From NCBI GenBank assembly GCA_036172245.1, contig JAYWIR010000009.1, forward strand, positions 930,001 through 994,000: a stretch of 64,000 nt of DNA, given 5' to 3'. Numbering within the stretch: position 1 is the stretch's first letter; the number at the start of each line of letters is the position of its first letter. This stretch comes from Raillietiella orientalis. Taxonomy: Eukaryota. Shown piece after piece: positions 25,601 to 39,700 of this stretch. The position numbers and the translations under genes are program-made. The notes under the pieces were generated by a model. The model did not search any database. It was not told the DNA's origin and was given only the letters and a program-made list of their open reading frames with translations.

Positions 25601-27668
25601 CGCAGGCAACAGAAGAAAGCGCGTCACCAAGCCCGAATTCCGCGCATTCCGCCAGTGGACAACCGACTCTGCACTCTGCGAGCCGGGTTTGCAGCTACAT
25701 CGGAGTCATTTAAGTTCCAGAAGATTCTAACCCCCCGTCACCCGGCTCTCGAAGACTCCAGTTCTCTTCCTGCTGCGTCGGAACCTGCCGAAAGCATGCG
25801 CATGTCGTGGGAATCTCAAGGATTCACCTTCGCGCTCTTATCGCAGTGAGCCATGTCCCTGAAGGCGAGCAACCCGATTGAGACCGGACTGTGGGCCCAC
25901 TTCTACGTCCGGTTGGCTGTTCCATAGAGCCCGAAACCGCCTTCTCGTGACTTAATGAAGCTGCTACTTGACCTCTCTCCCATAATTTATCCAAATAAAG
26001 TAAATCACTTCCTCAAGGTTTCCAATATTCTTGGTGCGGATGCACAGAGCTCTAGACTGATTCCTGGCATCCTCGCGTCGCCCGTGGTGGCTTCAAGCTC
26101 TTCGTGCACGACTAAATGGTGCACAGAGAGCATCTCGCAGGCTTTTCCTATAGTTTTGCAGCCGTTTCTGCCTCAGGTAGAGAAATCACTTGAAATGCTG
26201 TTCTTCACGTGTCTGCTTCGATGTCGTCAGGGGCTGCCATCCGCGAGGCACAGAGGCGTTTCTCGTGCTGAGTGTTGCTACGGTACTATGGGGTCCCTCG
26301 TGTCGTGATGCTGGCTTTTTCTTCAGCGTTGCAAGCATCCTCCGGCACTGCCCATCTCGGGTGCATCCGCGTATCTCCCGGACAGGTTCCGTCGCGCGCG
26401 CGCAGTGCATCAGCAAGCCTGCGGCACATAGGATTCTGCCGTGCTTGCAGCCGCGTCTGGACGCTCCAGAGAAGAAGCTGATTGCCCCACTCCAAGAGAC
26501 GGCCGGGATCCCTGGCAAGCATCAGCAGCGGGAGCCGACTGTCGCTCCTGGAAGGCGTCATCCGTGAGCATCTGGATACAAGCAGCCAGAGAAGAAGCAC
26601 GGCATGCACGAGGTCTCTGAAAGATCAAGGACGCGGCTATTGGGGAAGCGCGGAGGAATCCTCAGGTGCAAGAGTCGAAATGGCAGGCACGAATCTTTTC
26701 AGGATGCTGCGCTGTTCCAGTGGGCAGGTCTGATGCTGCAGAACAGCCTCCACAGTGGAGGATGAATCTGACACACCGCAGGGAAGGAGATACCTCTGAA
26801 GAGCTGTTCAATGAAGAGTGCACACAGCCAAAGGATAGGGGCGCTGGACGACCTACCTGGACCTCCCCGAAAGCTCGGGGGAAGTTCCGTCCCCTTTTTC
26901 GGTACTCTCGAGGATTCTCGTGAAAATCTCTCGGCATCAAAAGATGAGGAGGAAGAGAAAAACGTTCCCGCACCTTCTTGCTGAACGAGGTGAGGGCGAG
27001 CAGCGTGCAGCCTGTACCTCCCGGGTGTGGGCTCCAAGAAGCTGCTCGGTCGGCTCTTTCCGGAAAAGCAGACTGACCAAAGCAGCGTGGGCAGCGAGAT
27101 CCGCGGCGACAATCCAGGGGATCGCTAGAATTTCGCAAGACCCTCGAAAGACGTCCTCCAGATGCACAGGAGACTGCTCCGTACAACCTGTAATGCACCT
27201 AGAGACAAAGGTGCTCGCGAAGAGCTGGAGGCGATCGTTTAAAGGTCGTCAGAAACAAGAAGTCCGGGCTGATCCCCCTCTCTTTCCCCACTTTCCTACC
27301 CCAGTAGCGACCCCCGCGTAGCTATGGTTATGTGCTCTTTACCCCACTAGATCATGGGGTCATGTTTACTTTTGTGCAAATAAGCGTCCCAGTGCTCATC
27401 TGGGTAGAAATCACTTTTCCGGGAAGCTCTGGTTTCGAACCAAAGTCGCTGTCGACGCAGGAAGGCCTGTCGAAGGCCCCCCACTCTGAATGCATTCGAG
27501 ATGAGGGTTTCTTCAATGACACGTTGGAAACGGAGTGCTGTGGGTCTCCATTCTTGACGTGCCGTTCGCCGCCTACTTAAACTCACGAAAGCTGTCGTAC
27601 GGGCATCCGCACCATGAGCTTTTTCCTCATCGCAAGCTCCTCTGCTTTTGCTTCCTCTCGTCTCTCAA

Positions 27669-28115
27669 TCCTTTGAGTGCTATGGACGCATATATGCGCC
27701 CGAAGAAAACTATCAGCGTACGCTATGGACGCTTATACGTGTTCGGCGAAAATTATCGGCGTGGGCTATGGACTTATACATGAGTTTGGCAAATGTTTTT
27801 ACCTTGTACACGAGACATAAGTTAACACTATCCATACTTGAGATGGAAGCATACACTCACCTTCTTATAACTTCCTTAGCAACGACAGAAAACAAAATTC
27901 TATGTACATCGGCTAGCTATTCTCGTTTTTTCTCGGTGTCGTATAGAATTTATTACGTTGCTTTTTATCTTTGTGATATCTTCTTAAAAACGTCTGATAA
28001 TTTTGAAGGAATTTTCAATAAGTAAGCAAGTACAATGGCACTTTATAAAGTCAATTGGTGCCTCTACCGAGCACGCGGTACGCGTTTGAATCTGATGGGG
28101 TCCGCACCCAAAGGG
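27669..28115. mobile_element. piggyBac-type non-autonomous element (MITE), about 447 bp
   Basis: Left end tcaa|TCCTTTGAGTGC and right end GCACCCAAAGGG|ttaa: a CCCTTTGRGTGC TIR with a TTAA target site, degenerate on the left. Three subterminal GCTATGGAC..ATA repeats, AT-rich interior, no ORF. Confidence 0.65.
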
Positions 28116-31100
28116 TTAAATCTCACGTCAAGCGGTGCGAGCTTTCCCGACGGGCGAAAGCTTTCTTTCCGGATGGCTGTGGAGGAGCATCCACGAAACC
28201 CGAAAGTGCGTAGCTAAAACGTTGAAAAGGTGAGCAGCCCCGCCTCTCTCCGAGAAAAGTCCGGAGGGAAGGCGACATGCACCGCGAATAGGGGAGGCCG
28301 GTCCTACTCAAGATCCACGTCGGAGCTGCGCCGCAGATCACAGTCTCCCTCTGGGAAAGGAAACATACCCGTCCTTCTGCTCCTGAGAACAACCGAGAGG
28401 CAGGGATGTTCATCATCTCTCTTGGATGGACCGCCTCTTCGGTCATGTGTCTGTGGATTCCGAGCATCCCGGAACCAAGAACCGCAGTGGACGCACAGCA
28501 GATGAGCTGCCCCTGGGTTCGTCATTCCGACATGGATGCACTGGGTGGAAGAAGAAATCCGCCACAGTGGATGGAGTCCACGCAGCCTCTCCATCTGCAA
28601 AATTCGATGGATTGCAACAGCCTGTGGCCGATTCGGGCTCACTAAACCGATGTGCCTCTCTCGCATCCTTGCCCGAAGGACATCCTCGAAGGATGCTAGT
28701 TACTTCCGGAGCCAACTCGGAGAGCGGTTGGCATGCTGGTTGCGGCCGATCTCCCCAAAAGGGATTTGTTGGCAAGCTCTCTCGGGTCAAGGGGCAGCCT
28801 GTGGAACTCAAGACGATGAGAAAAGTGGCTTTTGTTCGACTGGAGAACAAGAGATTCCCGGAAGGAGAGGTTCCTTTCCGGGTTCCCTTAGGAGATCGGA
28901 AGGAAGAGGAGCAGATTTCATCTTCGGATTCTTCTTGGGTTATTAGTGTGGTGGTCCCTTCAGCGTTTCTCTCCCTTCTCTTCCTGTTTAGTTACACGTT
29001 CCCTCGAATGGCGCTGGCAGTGTTTCAAGAGAACCTTGTGAGCCCCAGTGCCATCGTTTCGCCGAGCTCTGATGCCCCTAGGGGGTGATCGGTCCATGAG
29101 CACTTGGCGAACCAAAAAAGGAAGGAAAACGACAAAAAAAAAATGCTGGAAAGAAAGCAGCAAACAGAAGAACTCGCAGAATTTCCATCATCCTAGACCA
29201 GTAGCAACGATCTCTTCGTGAGGTCGCTACTGGTCTACTGAAGAACAAGGAAATCACTGCCGGTACTTCCAGACTTGCGATACACGGAGTTCTTCCACGC
29301 ACTCGCAGAAGTGCGTGTCTGTCCGACAGGAAGATTTCAACATCGCAAAGAGTTCTCTTCAAAGAGGCAACATCTCCGGCATTTTTTCTTCTTCCTTTTT
29401 TTCCTGTCTCTCGATTTCTCCGAGAATCTGCTGTTTCGACCACGGATCCTGAGGACGCACTCGTCTCTTCCACGAGACCGTCGCACACAGCCTGGTTCCT
29501 CCAAGGCGGGCTACCCCGTTCGCAACACACCTCAGCTGGCAGCCTCGCAGGCAGACCTGTGCTGCATACGCGCGATCGCCACTGCCTGAAGCGACACAAG
29601 AGGGGGACACAGAGACATGGATGCCATTCAGTGATTCATGAGGATGGCAAAGAGATGACCCTACCTGGATAACCTTCAGCAAGAACTTGCCGGCATCCTG
29701 CAGAAGATGCAAAGGACCGCAGACAGTGATTCGTTTGCGCATCCCCAAATTTGTTTATTTACTTATTTTTTTGTTTCTTTCTTTCTTTGTGTTTGGCCCT
29801 CTCCCCTCTGCTGCCGTGGTGGACCTCACAGGTCTGCGAACCAGTAACCCGGCAGGCTTTCGGAAAAACGCTCGTGGCTGGACCAGCGGCCCAACCACAG
29901 TTCTCCGTAAGTGTTTATTTTTATTAAAATAAATGCCCCGGCGTACCCGTCTGAGAATCCAAGACGTGGCTCTTTCTCCATCACGGGATAAAAGCAGCGG
30001 TGCCTGCGCCGCACACTTTCTCAGCAACTCAAACGAGGTGGATGCCGCCTTGATCGTTTCGTTTCCAACCAAAGGAGGAAGAATTCTCAGGAAAAGCAGA
30101 TCTCGTTGCGTCGTCTCCTTGTGCGAGCGACCTCTACTCCAGGCACAGTCCATTTCCCCTTCCGATGGACAGGGAGGGAAAATCTCTTGGTCTCCAGGAA
30201 CCCACCGTAGTACGCTCGAAGCGAGGAAGTGTGGCAGGAAGAACTGGCCATGGTGATTCGGGAGACCCGGAAACGAATGATCCAGAGGCCGGCAATGAGG
30301 ATTCGTGACTGCGAACAATTCGCCACAAGTGGCAACTGCGCCACAGAATGCTCCTGTATCTCTGCGTCACGAACATGATTGGAAGATTTTAGCCACGGAA
30401 CACGCGAGCTCTGGAAGCATCAAGCCACCAATGCGTAACGTCTGAACATCAGAGCGAGGAAAATGAGGAAATGAAGAGGGGAACCATCGATGGTCAACTG
30501 GACCTACTGAACAAAGCCGCCAACCGCTACGGGATCCGAAAAGTGAATCTGTTGGCACGACCATATGGAAGACGGATTTACCACCGGATACGGAGGATGA
30601 CCTGCTGATGTTTCACCACGGAGGAACCCTGAGTGGCTCCTGAATGGAAACACTGGACTGGCAGCAGCCAAGAGGAACTCTGCAAGGCCTGTGGGAATAG
30701 GATAACTCAGCTCCATGTTTTCAACTACCCGACGCTGCGCCAGGATTTCACCAGCCTGCAGGCGGGAACGAAGATGGAGATCTTAAGGCAATGTTTGAAG
30801 GGGACTGGAACGTTCCTCCGATACAATCCCATGGTTCGCACCACCATCTCCCTCTTCAACACGAGCATCGTGATAATAACGGCAGCTGACAGCTCCTGCC
30901 ACGACCATCGTCCAAGGAGTCATCAGGAGGGAGATAGGGATCAGGAACTGCGGCAGGATACCCGCCTGGACTTACCGCTACATCTTGTGAACAGATGGCG
31001 GAAGTGATCCAAGTGAGTGGACCGCCCGGCAGACCCTAGTGTTCCCCTCCACCAACAGGGGAATATTTTCCAAAGTAAACTCAGAATGTGAGAATTGCTG

Positions 31101-33289
31101 GTTTGAAGTGTTGCGGGTAGGAACAATAACCCTTGCTATTGTCCCTGTTAAATCAATGCCGTTTAATAAATTTACCCCACCACCTGTCGGACCTAGGGAA
31201 AAACGAGCCGTAGTACGCCCTCAGGGTCGACCACCAGCAGAGACTGGACTTATTTTCATGCCGAACAGGATTTTCACGTGCGACTAAAATCATCACCATT
31301 GCAACAGATGGTGTGCACGTGACAGCCAGTCGGTTGGGCGGGTAAGAACCGCGCACCTGTGAACGTGCTGCCCATGCCCTTGCAAGAAGAGTTCCTGAAA
31401 ATCTCCTCACCTGGTCCCCAAGAAATGACCTTACCTTTGGCGCTTGGATGTGACCTTCTGTTGTTGCTCCCGCGTGCTTCGAAGGTCCGACCTCTTTTCG
31501 CCATTGCTCTGGAGAACGTCCCTTGACAGCGCGTGCAGCAGTGGATCTTCTCTCCCTTCGTCCACGGAGAACACGGCTGACGGGGAAGCTGAGCTCGTCG
31601 GCAGCCTTGCCGCCGTAACGAGAGGAAAGTCGAGTTCTTTGGAAGTGCTCCGAGCTGATGAAATTCATGCAGTGATGCACAGCGCAACACACCCCTGTAT
31701 CATGGAGCAAAAATGTCATCAGTGGGTAGGTGAACAGGGAATTCAAGATGCTCCTGGCTGAGGATTTGAGACTTGATGATGCCACCTGAAGATGTCTCGA
31801 GAGTAGTGAAAAAAATGGAAAACCTTCGGCGAGTTCCTCGGACATTGCTCTGCTTAGACCGACCGCGCTCTCTTCGGCAGCTGCTGCAACGTGCACCCTG
31901 GAACCGTGGGTTCTTCGCTCCGCGGAAGAACGCTGGCAGTTGTCGGGCCAGAGCTTGCGCAAAAGAGGCGCGGCGTATCGCTTGAATCGCGAATTTCACG
32001 CATCAACTACATATTACTTCCTAAGATGCATATTTCTAAGATGCATCCAGTGTGCAGTGACACTAATGGCATTTTTTTTTCTGACATCTCACGTAGTTCC
32101 TTTAGAGTTCGCTTTCACTATCCACGTTAATCCACTAAGCACGCATGTGACCGGAGGATGTGTGAGGTTGAATCATCACGTCCCAACGGACTATTCAAAG
32201 TTATGCCATTCCCTGCAAGTTGCAGTCGAACAAGTTCTGCTCGTCCTCTGATGCTGATGTAGAAGAATATGGTGGAGCGGAGGACGCTTTGCTGGTCTTC
32301 ACTTGGGGATGCTTCCGACGTACACGTCGTCCTCCAGGAAAGCCTCGTTTCTTTCTCTTCCTCGCTGATGTACGTTCTTTCCAATATGAGCTTTCAAATC
32401 TGCGGAACACCCTTGCTGCCATCCTGCACGGGAGTTCCAAGGATGCATCCCGGAATTCTTACGTGAGGGTCAGGGGTTCCAACGGAGGGTAGGTCTCCTG
32501 AGCTTCGTTCTCAGCTAGTTTCAGTTTCCGACAGGCTTGCCATCCAACTTGCATGATTGAATGGACAAGTGGCCCTCACCTTTGCAAACTTCATGTTGTG
32601 TAGGAACCATGCTTGTAGCTGACAGCATGAAAGATACGCATGACGTCAGCAGTCCCTCAAATGGGCACACTTGCATTCAATTCCGTGGGATCCTTGCTGA
32701 GTTCCCATCTATCATAAGGATAGGAATCTGGAAAAACACAGCATAAGAGCATGCATATGCATCTATTAAATCAAGAAAACTTCTGCATGTCTCATTGATG
32801 GTCCGCATGTTCCGTGGAATTTCTGGTTTGGGGCTGTTTTTCTTTGTTCAACATAAACGGAGAATGAACCTCCTGATTCTCCTCTCATTGATTACAAGAG
32901 GTTGACAGTATCCAACGCTGGAGAGGGCGGAAACGGCGTCGACCTCGTAGACTGAGGATGGGGTTTTGGAAAGAGAGAACCTGTCGCCTAGCGCTTTAGC
33001 TCGGAGGATGCGCAAGCAGTGAAGTGACCAACTCAGTCGCGGAGAGAAAGTGCGTTCGTGACGACCAACTCTTCCGCCGCGAACAACCCGAAGGGCTCTG
33101 CTTGCAGTGCCATCGCATTCTTGGCTCTGGTGCACTGATGTCCACCCTGCTTTCTTGGGATTTTCTTGCCTCTAGGATTCAGACTGCATTCTTGTTTTGG
33201 AGAAAAACTGGTGGCAAATGGACTAGATAAATCTTGGAAGTAGTTGCTGACCAACATCCAGATGTCGACCCCTGTAATCACTAGCGGAT

Positions 33290-34890
33290 CTTCTGTGAGG
33301 TTCCTGTGAGTCCGAGGTGGAGTTGAGGCACTCGAGGAAAAGCTCCGCTACTTCTGCAACGTGCAGGAACGTCCAGAATGCCATCTAAGCATCGTCGTGT
33401 TGCGATGCAGTTGGACCAATCCTAGCAGAGCTCCCGAAGTCCCTTGGGGAGGAGAAATCCTTCTTCGCCGCACTGGTGGAAGGATAGACCATTTTGCATT
33501 CCTTAGAGTGAATTGCTCTCACTGACCATGCATTTTGAATCAGCATCAGGCTGAAGAGGAATTCAATAAGAGTACTGGCAGTGGTGGGTGGAAATGGAAA
33601 AGAACTTGGAGGTCTTTAAGGTGTTAAATCCTGTCCTCCCACGCGTCCATTGTTAAGAGGAAACATTCAAGCCCACTCGAGTCTGGTTGTCCCAGGGAAG
33701 AGGGCTTCCGACTTTCTGAAGAATCGGGTGGACATGGGTGAGGGCTGTTGAAAAACAGGGGAATAAAAGGAACAGGAAAAGGACACATTGGTCAAATCCA
33801 CTGTGCCTTCCGCAGTTTGCTAGAGATCCCGAGACGTCCTACTTCACCTCCACCTGTATAGGCGGGTAGGCATAGCTGCCCATTCCAGCATGGAGGCGAT
33901 TACAAAAGAGACTCTCCGAAGCTGCAGGGCGACTCAAGAGCTCAGCCAGCCGTAACCAAGGCACCGGCGGAGGAGCAATGCAAAGCGCTGTGATCACCGA
34001 CGAAGACGGGAACTCCATTCGCCTGAAAAAGCACTGAGGGTGCCTTCAGAGTAGATAGGGACAGTACCGGAAGCTGCTGACCGTACTGAAGGATTTCGCA
34101 TCCCATGAGCAGGCGCGGGAAGGCATCCACATGCCCACACATCGCACAGTTCGGGGGCAGTCCTCCAACCCTCGCCCTGTCCTATGGTGCCAGCTCTCGC
34201 TCGACAGACAGGAAATACCTCAGTGCGTGTGAGGGGGGGCTATTCGTGGTTGTTGCCATCCCGCCGTGGTGGATCTCCTGCTATGCGGCAAGTCTTCAGA
34301 ACTTTCGAAGGCCACGGCGCCAAGTGCTTTCGCGCCTCACTACTGCCACTTGTGGGCAGGCAGTGGGTGAGACTCTTGGATGGGTCGATGCTTTCCCTCC
34401 CTCAATACACGCGGCAGAGCTTATCGCGCACCGGGGTTCCATGCGCAGTCTACTCCGGCGCCATCTGCGCCAGGACGTTTGCTCTCCCATCCCAAAGGAA
34501 AAGAGAAAAAAAAAAAGCAATCCATGTGAATCAGTGCGCTCACTACGCTGTTCCAGAGTCACGAAAGAGCAAGGAGAATGCAGGAGAGGGGGACAGAAAG
34601 TGAGCAAATACAGGGAAAGGAAGGGAAAGGAGTCCAGATTCGGCACCACTGGAAGAGAAGGAACGCATCCCTGAACTGTACCAGGAGGGCGGGGGAGGTT
34701 GGGTACCCCCTGCAGCTGACTTGCGGACCGCGAGTTCTTCCGCGTCGGGATGGCGGAGAGCTGCAATAGCTCTCTGCACTCTGGGGTCTTCCACGGACAG
34801 CTTCTGCAACGCCTCAGGGTGTGTCGGCCCCCGGGGCAGCGGGAGATGCTTTGCTGCATCCCCCCAGATGCCTCGAGTGGTCCCACGGTG
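33290..34890 (-). pseudogene. Heavily decayed non-LTR retrotransposon ORF2 remnant (CR1/Jockey-like)
   Basis: Frameshifted minus-strand fragments occur in the order expected for LINE ORF2: PWKTPECRELL, MPYPPIQV..SGFD, TALTHVHPILQKVGSP, DWSNCI..LDGILDV..AFPRVP. This is motif resemblance from memory only. Confidence 0.4.
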
Positions 34891-35653
34891 GGAGCAACGC
34901 CATCGACGGAGGACGGTCAGTCGCGTCATTCCATCCACGGTGTTGGGAATATGCAAAAAGGACTCACTTCCTCCCGGAAATTAAGGAGGGTTCCGCCCGG
35001 ATTCCAGGAAGGCTGTAAGAAAGATATGGGTGCAGACGCAACCCGATGATCCTCCCTTCATCCTTACCCTTTCCTTTATTTCCCGGAGATGATAAACATT
35101 TGCTCCCGGTGTTTACCCATACTGCGTGTGTGTTTGTTTATTTTCACTCTCCTCCTCCACCGCCCCTTGACCCCTACGTGCTGAGCGGCTACCGACCTGC
35201 GTGTCGATGCTCCCCGGCCCGTGCCCCCAGGCCACGTGAACGTGTGTTTGCCTATTTTGAAAAAAACGTCCCGGCATGACCGGGAGGGTGGCGGAATTTT
35301 TCCTCCTATGTAGACTCTGGAGGGGACTCAGAAGGTCTGCTGACCCCAGAACGCAAGGAAGAAAAAGGCGGATTTTCAACCGTTCACGTCAGGCGTGCAT
35401 TTAAAAAGCAAATGTACCAATACGGCAGGGCATGACGTCCCGCCGAGCCGACCCATCCTTCGGGGGGTACCGACGAGGTCTGCAGAGGGAGCGGATGGCA
35501 GCGGAAGAGGAAGAAAATGAAAAAACAAAAAAATATATACATATTTTTTTAATCGTTGGAGGGCGGGCAAGCGAAGGGGCTACTGCCCTCTCGCTCTGTT
35601 GCGTTTTCTGCGTCCCGCGCATGCTCCACCTGATGGACTCGTCGAGATCCTCA

Positions 35654-36758
35654 TTCCTGCGTCTCCGGAAATCTCCGGACTCAGGAAACGCCCGGTGGCC
35701 GGACCCATCGGTCAGCTTGCTGAGGCAGCAACTTCGAAATCCTGCCCCGGACGACCCCCACGAGTGTCCTGTTGGACGCGAGTGCCGAGCGCGGACATCG
35801 CGCGCGCTGAGAACTCGGATGTATCCGTCCCTTCCGAGGCGCGCGAGCGAAGAGCAGAGCGCCACCACCACCGAGACTGACGCGGCGCTGCTATTCGCGC
35901 GCATACCACCGCCCTTCCACTGCGGAGTCTCCCAAGTTTCTCCTCCTCTCCGGCCCACGAATTCATCCTCGCTCGCGAGACCGCGCGGGAGGGATCTTTC
36001 CGCTGCTCCATGGTCCCGAAGACATCGTAGGGGCGGAGCTGCTCCGGAACGAACCCGTGGCGTCTCGGCTGCAGGAGCCGGGAAAAGCACCGAAACGGCC
36101 TTCACCCCCAGGCAAGAGTACTGTTCCTCGTTTGTGGAGCCGGGAGAGGAGGAAACGCTTGCAGCCACTGATGGACCGATTCCCGGGACTCTCCTCCCGA
36201 GAAAGATGGCATCTCCACTGCCGACAGTTTCCGCTGCTCGTCGCTGCACTGCCGGCGGATGACCCGCCCCTGCCGAAGGACTTGCTCGCTGGGCTGGACT
36301 CTTCCGCATCGCATCGGACGAGCTTCAGGCGCCCCCGGGGGATGGCGGACGGATCTCTCCTTCCCTGAAGTGGCGGCACCACCGGCCAGGCGCGAGTTGG
36401 GGTGGAATGCGCCCTCCCGCACCTGCTGGTGCGTCGTGTTGCCCTCCAGAAATCGGGGGACCTTCCATCCCGGTGGGCAATCCCGGTGACGTTGCTGAAG
36501 CGCGTCTCCACGTGCGGAGGGCCGCGCGCTGCTGCCGCCCGCCTGCGCGTCGCGACGTCGCTGCGAACCCGAGAGACGGCGGGGAAGCCGTCCACTTGGC
36601 AACGGATTCGTGAGGATCATCGAATTGGCACTCGCGTCCACCAGGGCACTTCTGGAGATGGTCCGGGGTGGGACTTGGCGTTGCTGCTTCAGCAAACTGA
36701 CCAGTGGTTCCGGCCACCGGGCGTTTCCCAAGTCCGGAGATTTCTGGAGACGCAGGAA
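35654..36758. mobile_element. Inverted-repeat element (MITE/foldback-like), arms 35654-35786 and 36627-36758
   Basis: The ~133-bp arms are reverse complements at roughly 80% identity by eye (ttcctgcgtctccRgaaatctccggact..gaaacgcccggtggccgga..ggacgcgagtgcc). Confidence 0.6.
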
Positions 36759-39700
36759 AAATATTCCGAAGGAAAGAGTTCCAAGGAATCTCAATAACGC
36801 CACATCAAATTTCACGCAAATAGATTCCGCTTCCCGACACCCAACAATCCGGGAAGCTGCTCTTTGCTTCCGGCTATCTCTGGGGCTACTTCCAGCTGCC
36901 ATGTGCGAAGAAAAAGGCCGCGTGCCTCCACCTGAAGGAGGGCACAGAGCTTCCCGAACCGAGAGGAGGGGTCACCGGTTGCAAAGATGGCACTCCCGGA
37001 AGATTCTCCTAGAAGAGTGATCCTTCCCTGAGAGGGTCGGATACTGCTGCATTGGTGACCTGAGCTGTCCGCCTCGCAGTCTGGTGCCTAGGAACGTGAA
37101 AACTTTCGCCCTGCCGGTCGTCTCTGTCCCACAGGGCGGTCAGCTCTCCCCTTCTTCCTCCTTTCCTCCTCGCTTAAGGTGGATAAGGAGATGATGGCGG
37201 CCAGGCCCACTCCTTTGGGTCCTACCGCGAATCATGCAAGGAGGCTTCTCCCAGGTCGCGGATAGTGCCAGTTAGGCGTCACGACCACTGACCCCCGGCA
37301 GAGGGGTTAGTGTAACTGCCTCCATGCTTCCTGGGTTACAGGGACGGCAGGAGACCCACTGGGATTCCTCCTACAGGCAGCAATCCGCATCGGTGGTAAT
37401 CTCGAGAGGTTTCATCCGATCTCAGAAAGATCTCTCTTGAGGCAGCGACTCGGAACGAAGTCGACGTCTACGCGCAGCTGGGCTGCATCCGTGACTGCGG
37501 GTCTGAAAGCACCGCTCAGCAAGTGGTTCGGCGTGTCGCCACTCAGCCCAGGGTGGGTGGCGCGAGTGGCTCCCGGAGCAGGCCGAGTGTGGAGCCCGAG
37601 GCCACACCGGTATTATATCGTGCTGCTATCAGTGTGTGCCTGTGCAGGGTCCCTCCCGGACACACGCACCAAGCGCCATCTGGCGTTTCTTCGTTCTTGT
37701 GCTGAGGCTGCCTGCTCCTCAGGTCCGGTCCAGTGACCACTCCTCGCCGGCTGCTTCTAGGTCGATCGAGGGAGAGGAGAGGGTGAGGGAAATGCACGGA
37801 ACAATCTCCAGCAAGGAGCTGATCGCTCGTGCGCATGTATTCTCGAAAGTCGATCTGAGAATATCCCGAGGCTAAAAGGTGCCCTGTTGGAAGAGTAGCG
37901 ACGGATGGTCTGCGGTCGCCGCTCACTATAATGCATGGCAGCAGGAGGTAGTGGGAGGCACCCGGGTGCGTGCCGTGAGGTCTTGGTCTCGTCCGGCGGC
38001 TCGGAAGAGTCTCTTCTGTTTGGAGCGGACTGGAGGTCCCTCAAGAAATGGGTACCGGAGATGATCGCATTCCGGGTTGCAGAGCGGCCCTCTCTACGGA
38101 GGACGGCGTCCGACAGTGGCGGGATAGAGTAGGGCTTGGGTGGGAGCTTCCTGTTCCCCACTGAAGGAGCCATCAAATTGCTGCCATGCAGGCGGCCGGC
38201 GGAGCGACGCGAGAACCTCTGGCGCCAGCGTCAAAGGACTGATCCGGTGGCAAGCGCGCGTGAGGATAGGGGGATCGGTGTCTCACATCCTGGATAGCTT
38301 CCCGCTCCCCAGCAGGTGCAGCGCATCAGGGGTAAGGAAGGAGGGAGGTGAAAGGGAAGGGAAGGAGGAAAGGAGGAGAAAGAGAAGGAAGGGAGGAGGG
38401 TGTCTCTCCTGCTCGATGAGCTCCGGCGTCACGGTACACAACAGTGGCCGTTCACTCCCATGACGCTCTCCGAAGGCGCTACTGCAGCCCTGCTTCACTC
38501 CCGACGGGCTGCCGTCTCGGTCGACTGCTGCCTTGGTGGCCTTGCTGTCGCATCCCGAGGACCGCGACGCGGGAAATGATGTATGTTCCGCCTCCTCCAC
38601 GATGAGGAGAGCAGAGAAATGGTTCCGTCTGCAGGAATCCGCTTGCATGGCGCGCAGGATGCAGACGACGCGGCACGGTTACCTGGCGCCGTCGCCTCTC
38701 TGCCTTGTCCGTTTCTTTCCTTTACTAACCACTCCCCTGCCTTCCCACGTAGGTGACCTGAGACTCGTCGGCACCCCTTTCCCCCTCTCTTCTAAAACCC
38801 CAAGCGATTCCTAGGACACAGCAAACTGTGTGCCTCTTTTAGAAAGAAACGTCCAGGCGTGACCAGCTGCGAGTTTTTGGAAGACACTTTCTCTCGGGCG
38901 ATTCTTCGTCCGTCCTCGGAGTGGGTGGGAAGGGGGAGGGGGAGGAGAATTGCAGACTCTCAGAGGCGTCGGCACCTCGTGGCTCGTCTGCAGCTACTGC
39001 GGGTCTGCTCCCTCCGCGGTGAAAGAGATGCACCAGCCGAGACGCGGAAACGTCGTTCAAGCCTCACCCCCATCTATCCCATCTAGCGGCGGCAAGGAAC
39101 ACTAGAATATCCCCTCCCTCCGCGAAGGATGTGTCCACAAGAGAGGCTGGAAGCTTGAAAACCGACACCCATCCCTCATGTCTGTCCATCAACTCTATCG
39201 TCTTCCTTCCTTTCCCCCCGCACAGGGGATGGAGTGTCACCGCGCGGACTTCCCGCAGGAGAAAGCCCTCTGCGCTTCAAATGATAACCGAGTTTTTTCG
39301 CCCATGCGGAAGATCTCTCGGAGGGTGGGAATCCTCGCAGGCGCTTGGTTGCTCCCGATCCGGCAGGGTGCACCCACGGATTGATCCCTGGTGGTAATCC
39401 CGCGCGGATCCATCGCGCCGCAACGACACGACCGCAACGTCTCCGGGCACCCCGTCTGTCTCTCTGTGTCTTTTCTCTGTGCGGGTCCTCTCCAGGAGGG
39501 AGGTGGGCATTGCTTGAAAAAGTGCTCAGGCACTGCGTTTCCATCGGCTCCTTCCAAAACCCGCTCTCAAGAGGATTTCTTTCGCCTTCCCTTCCAGCAG
39601 GGAGGCGGAAGCTGCTGGGTCCGTCAGGACGCGACTCGATCTGGCTAAGGAGATGCTGTCGTCCCCGGTGCCAGTTCGCTTCCAGAAATAGGAAGAGGTG

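Noticed and set aside
27677..27785. Three spaced repeats superficially like a CRISPR array
   Set aside because: Eukaryotic context, the spacers resemble each other and there are no cas genes. They are explained as MITE subterminal repeats.
30290..31010. Protein-like ORF 30633-31007 and flanks
   Set aside because: No recognisable motif or splice-consistent partner exons. It may be TE debris.
37540..38300. Possible LINE C-terminal remnant on the minus strand (ATLPTGHLL..DQLLAGDC)
   Set aside because: The resemblance to the RLRTGH/zinc-knuckle motif is too weak to support without a search.
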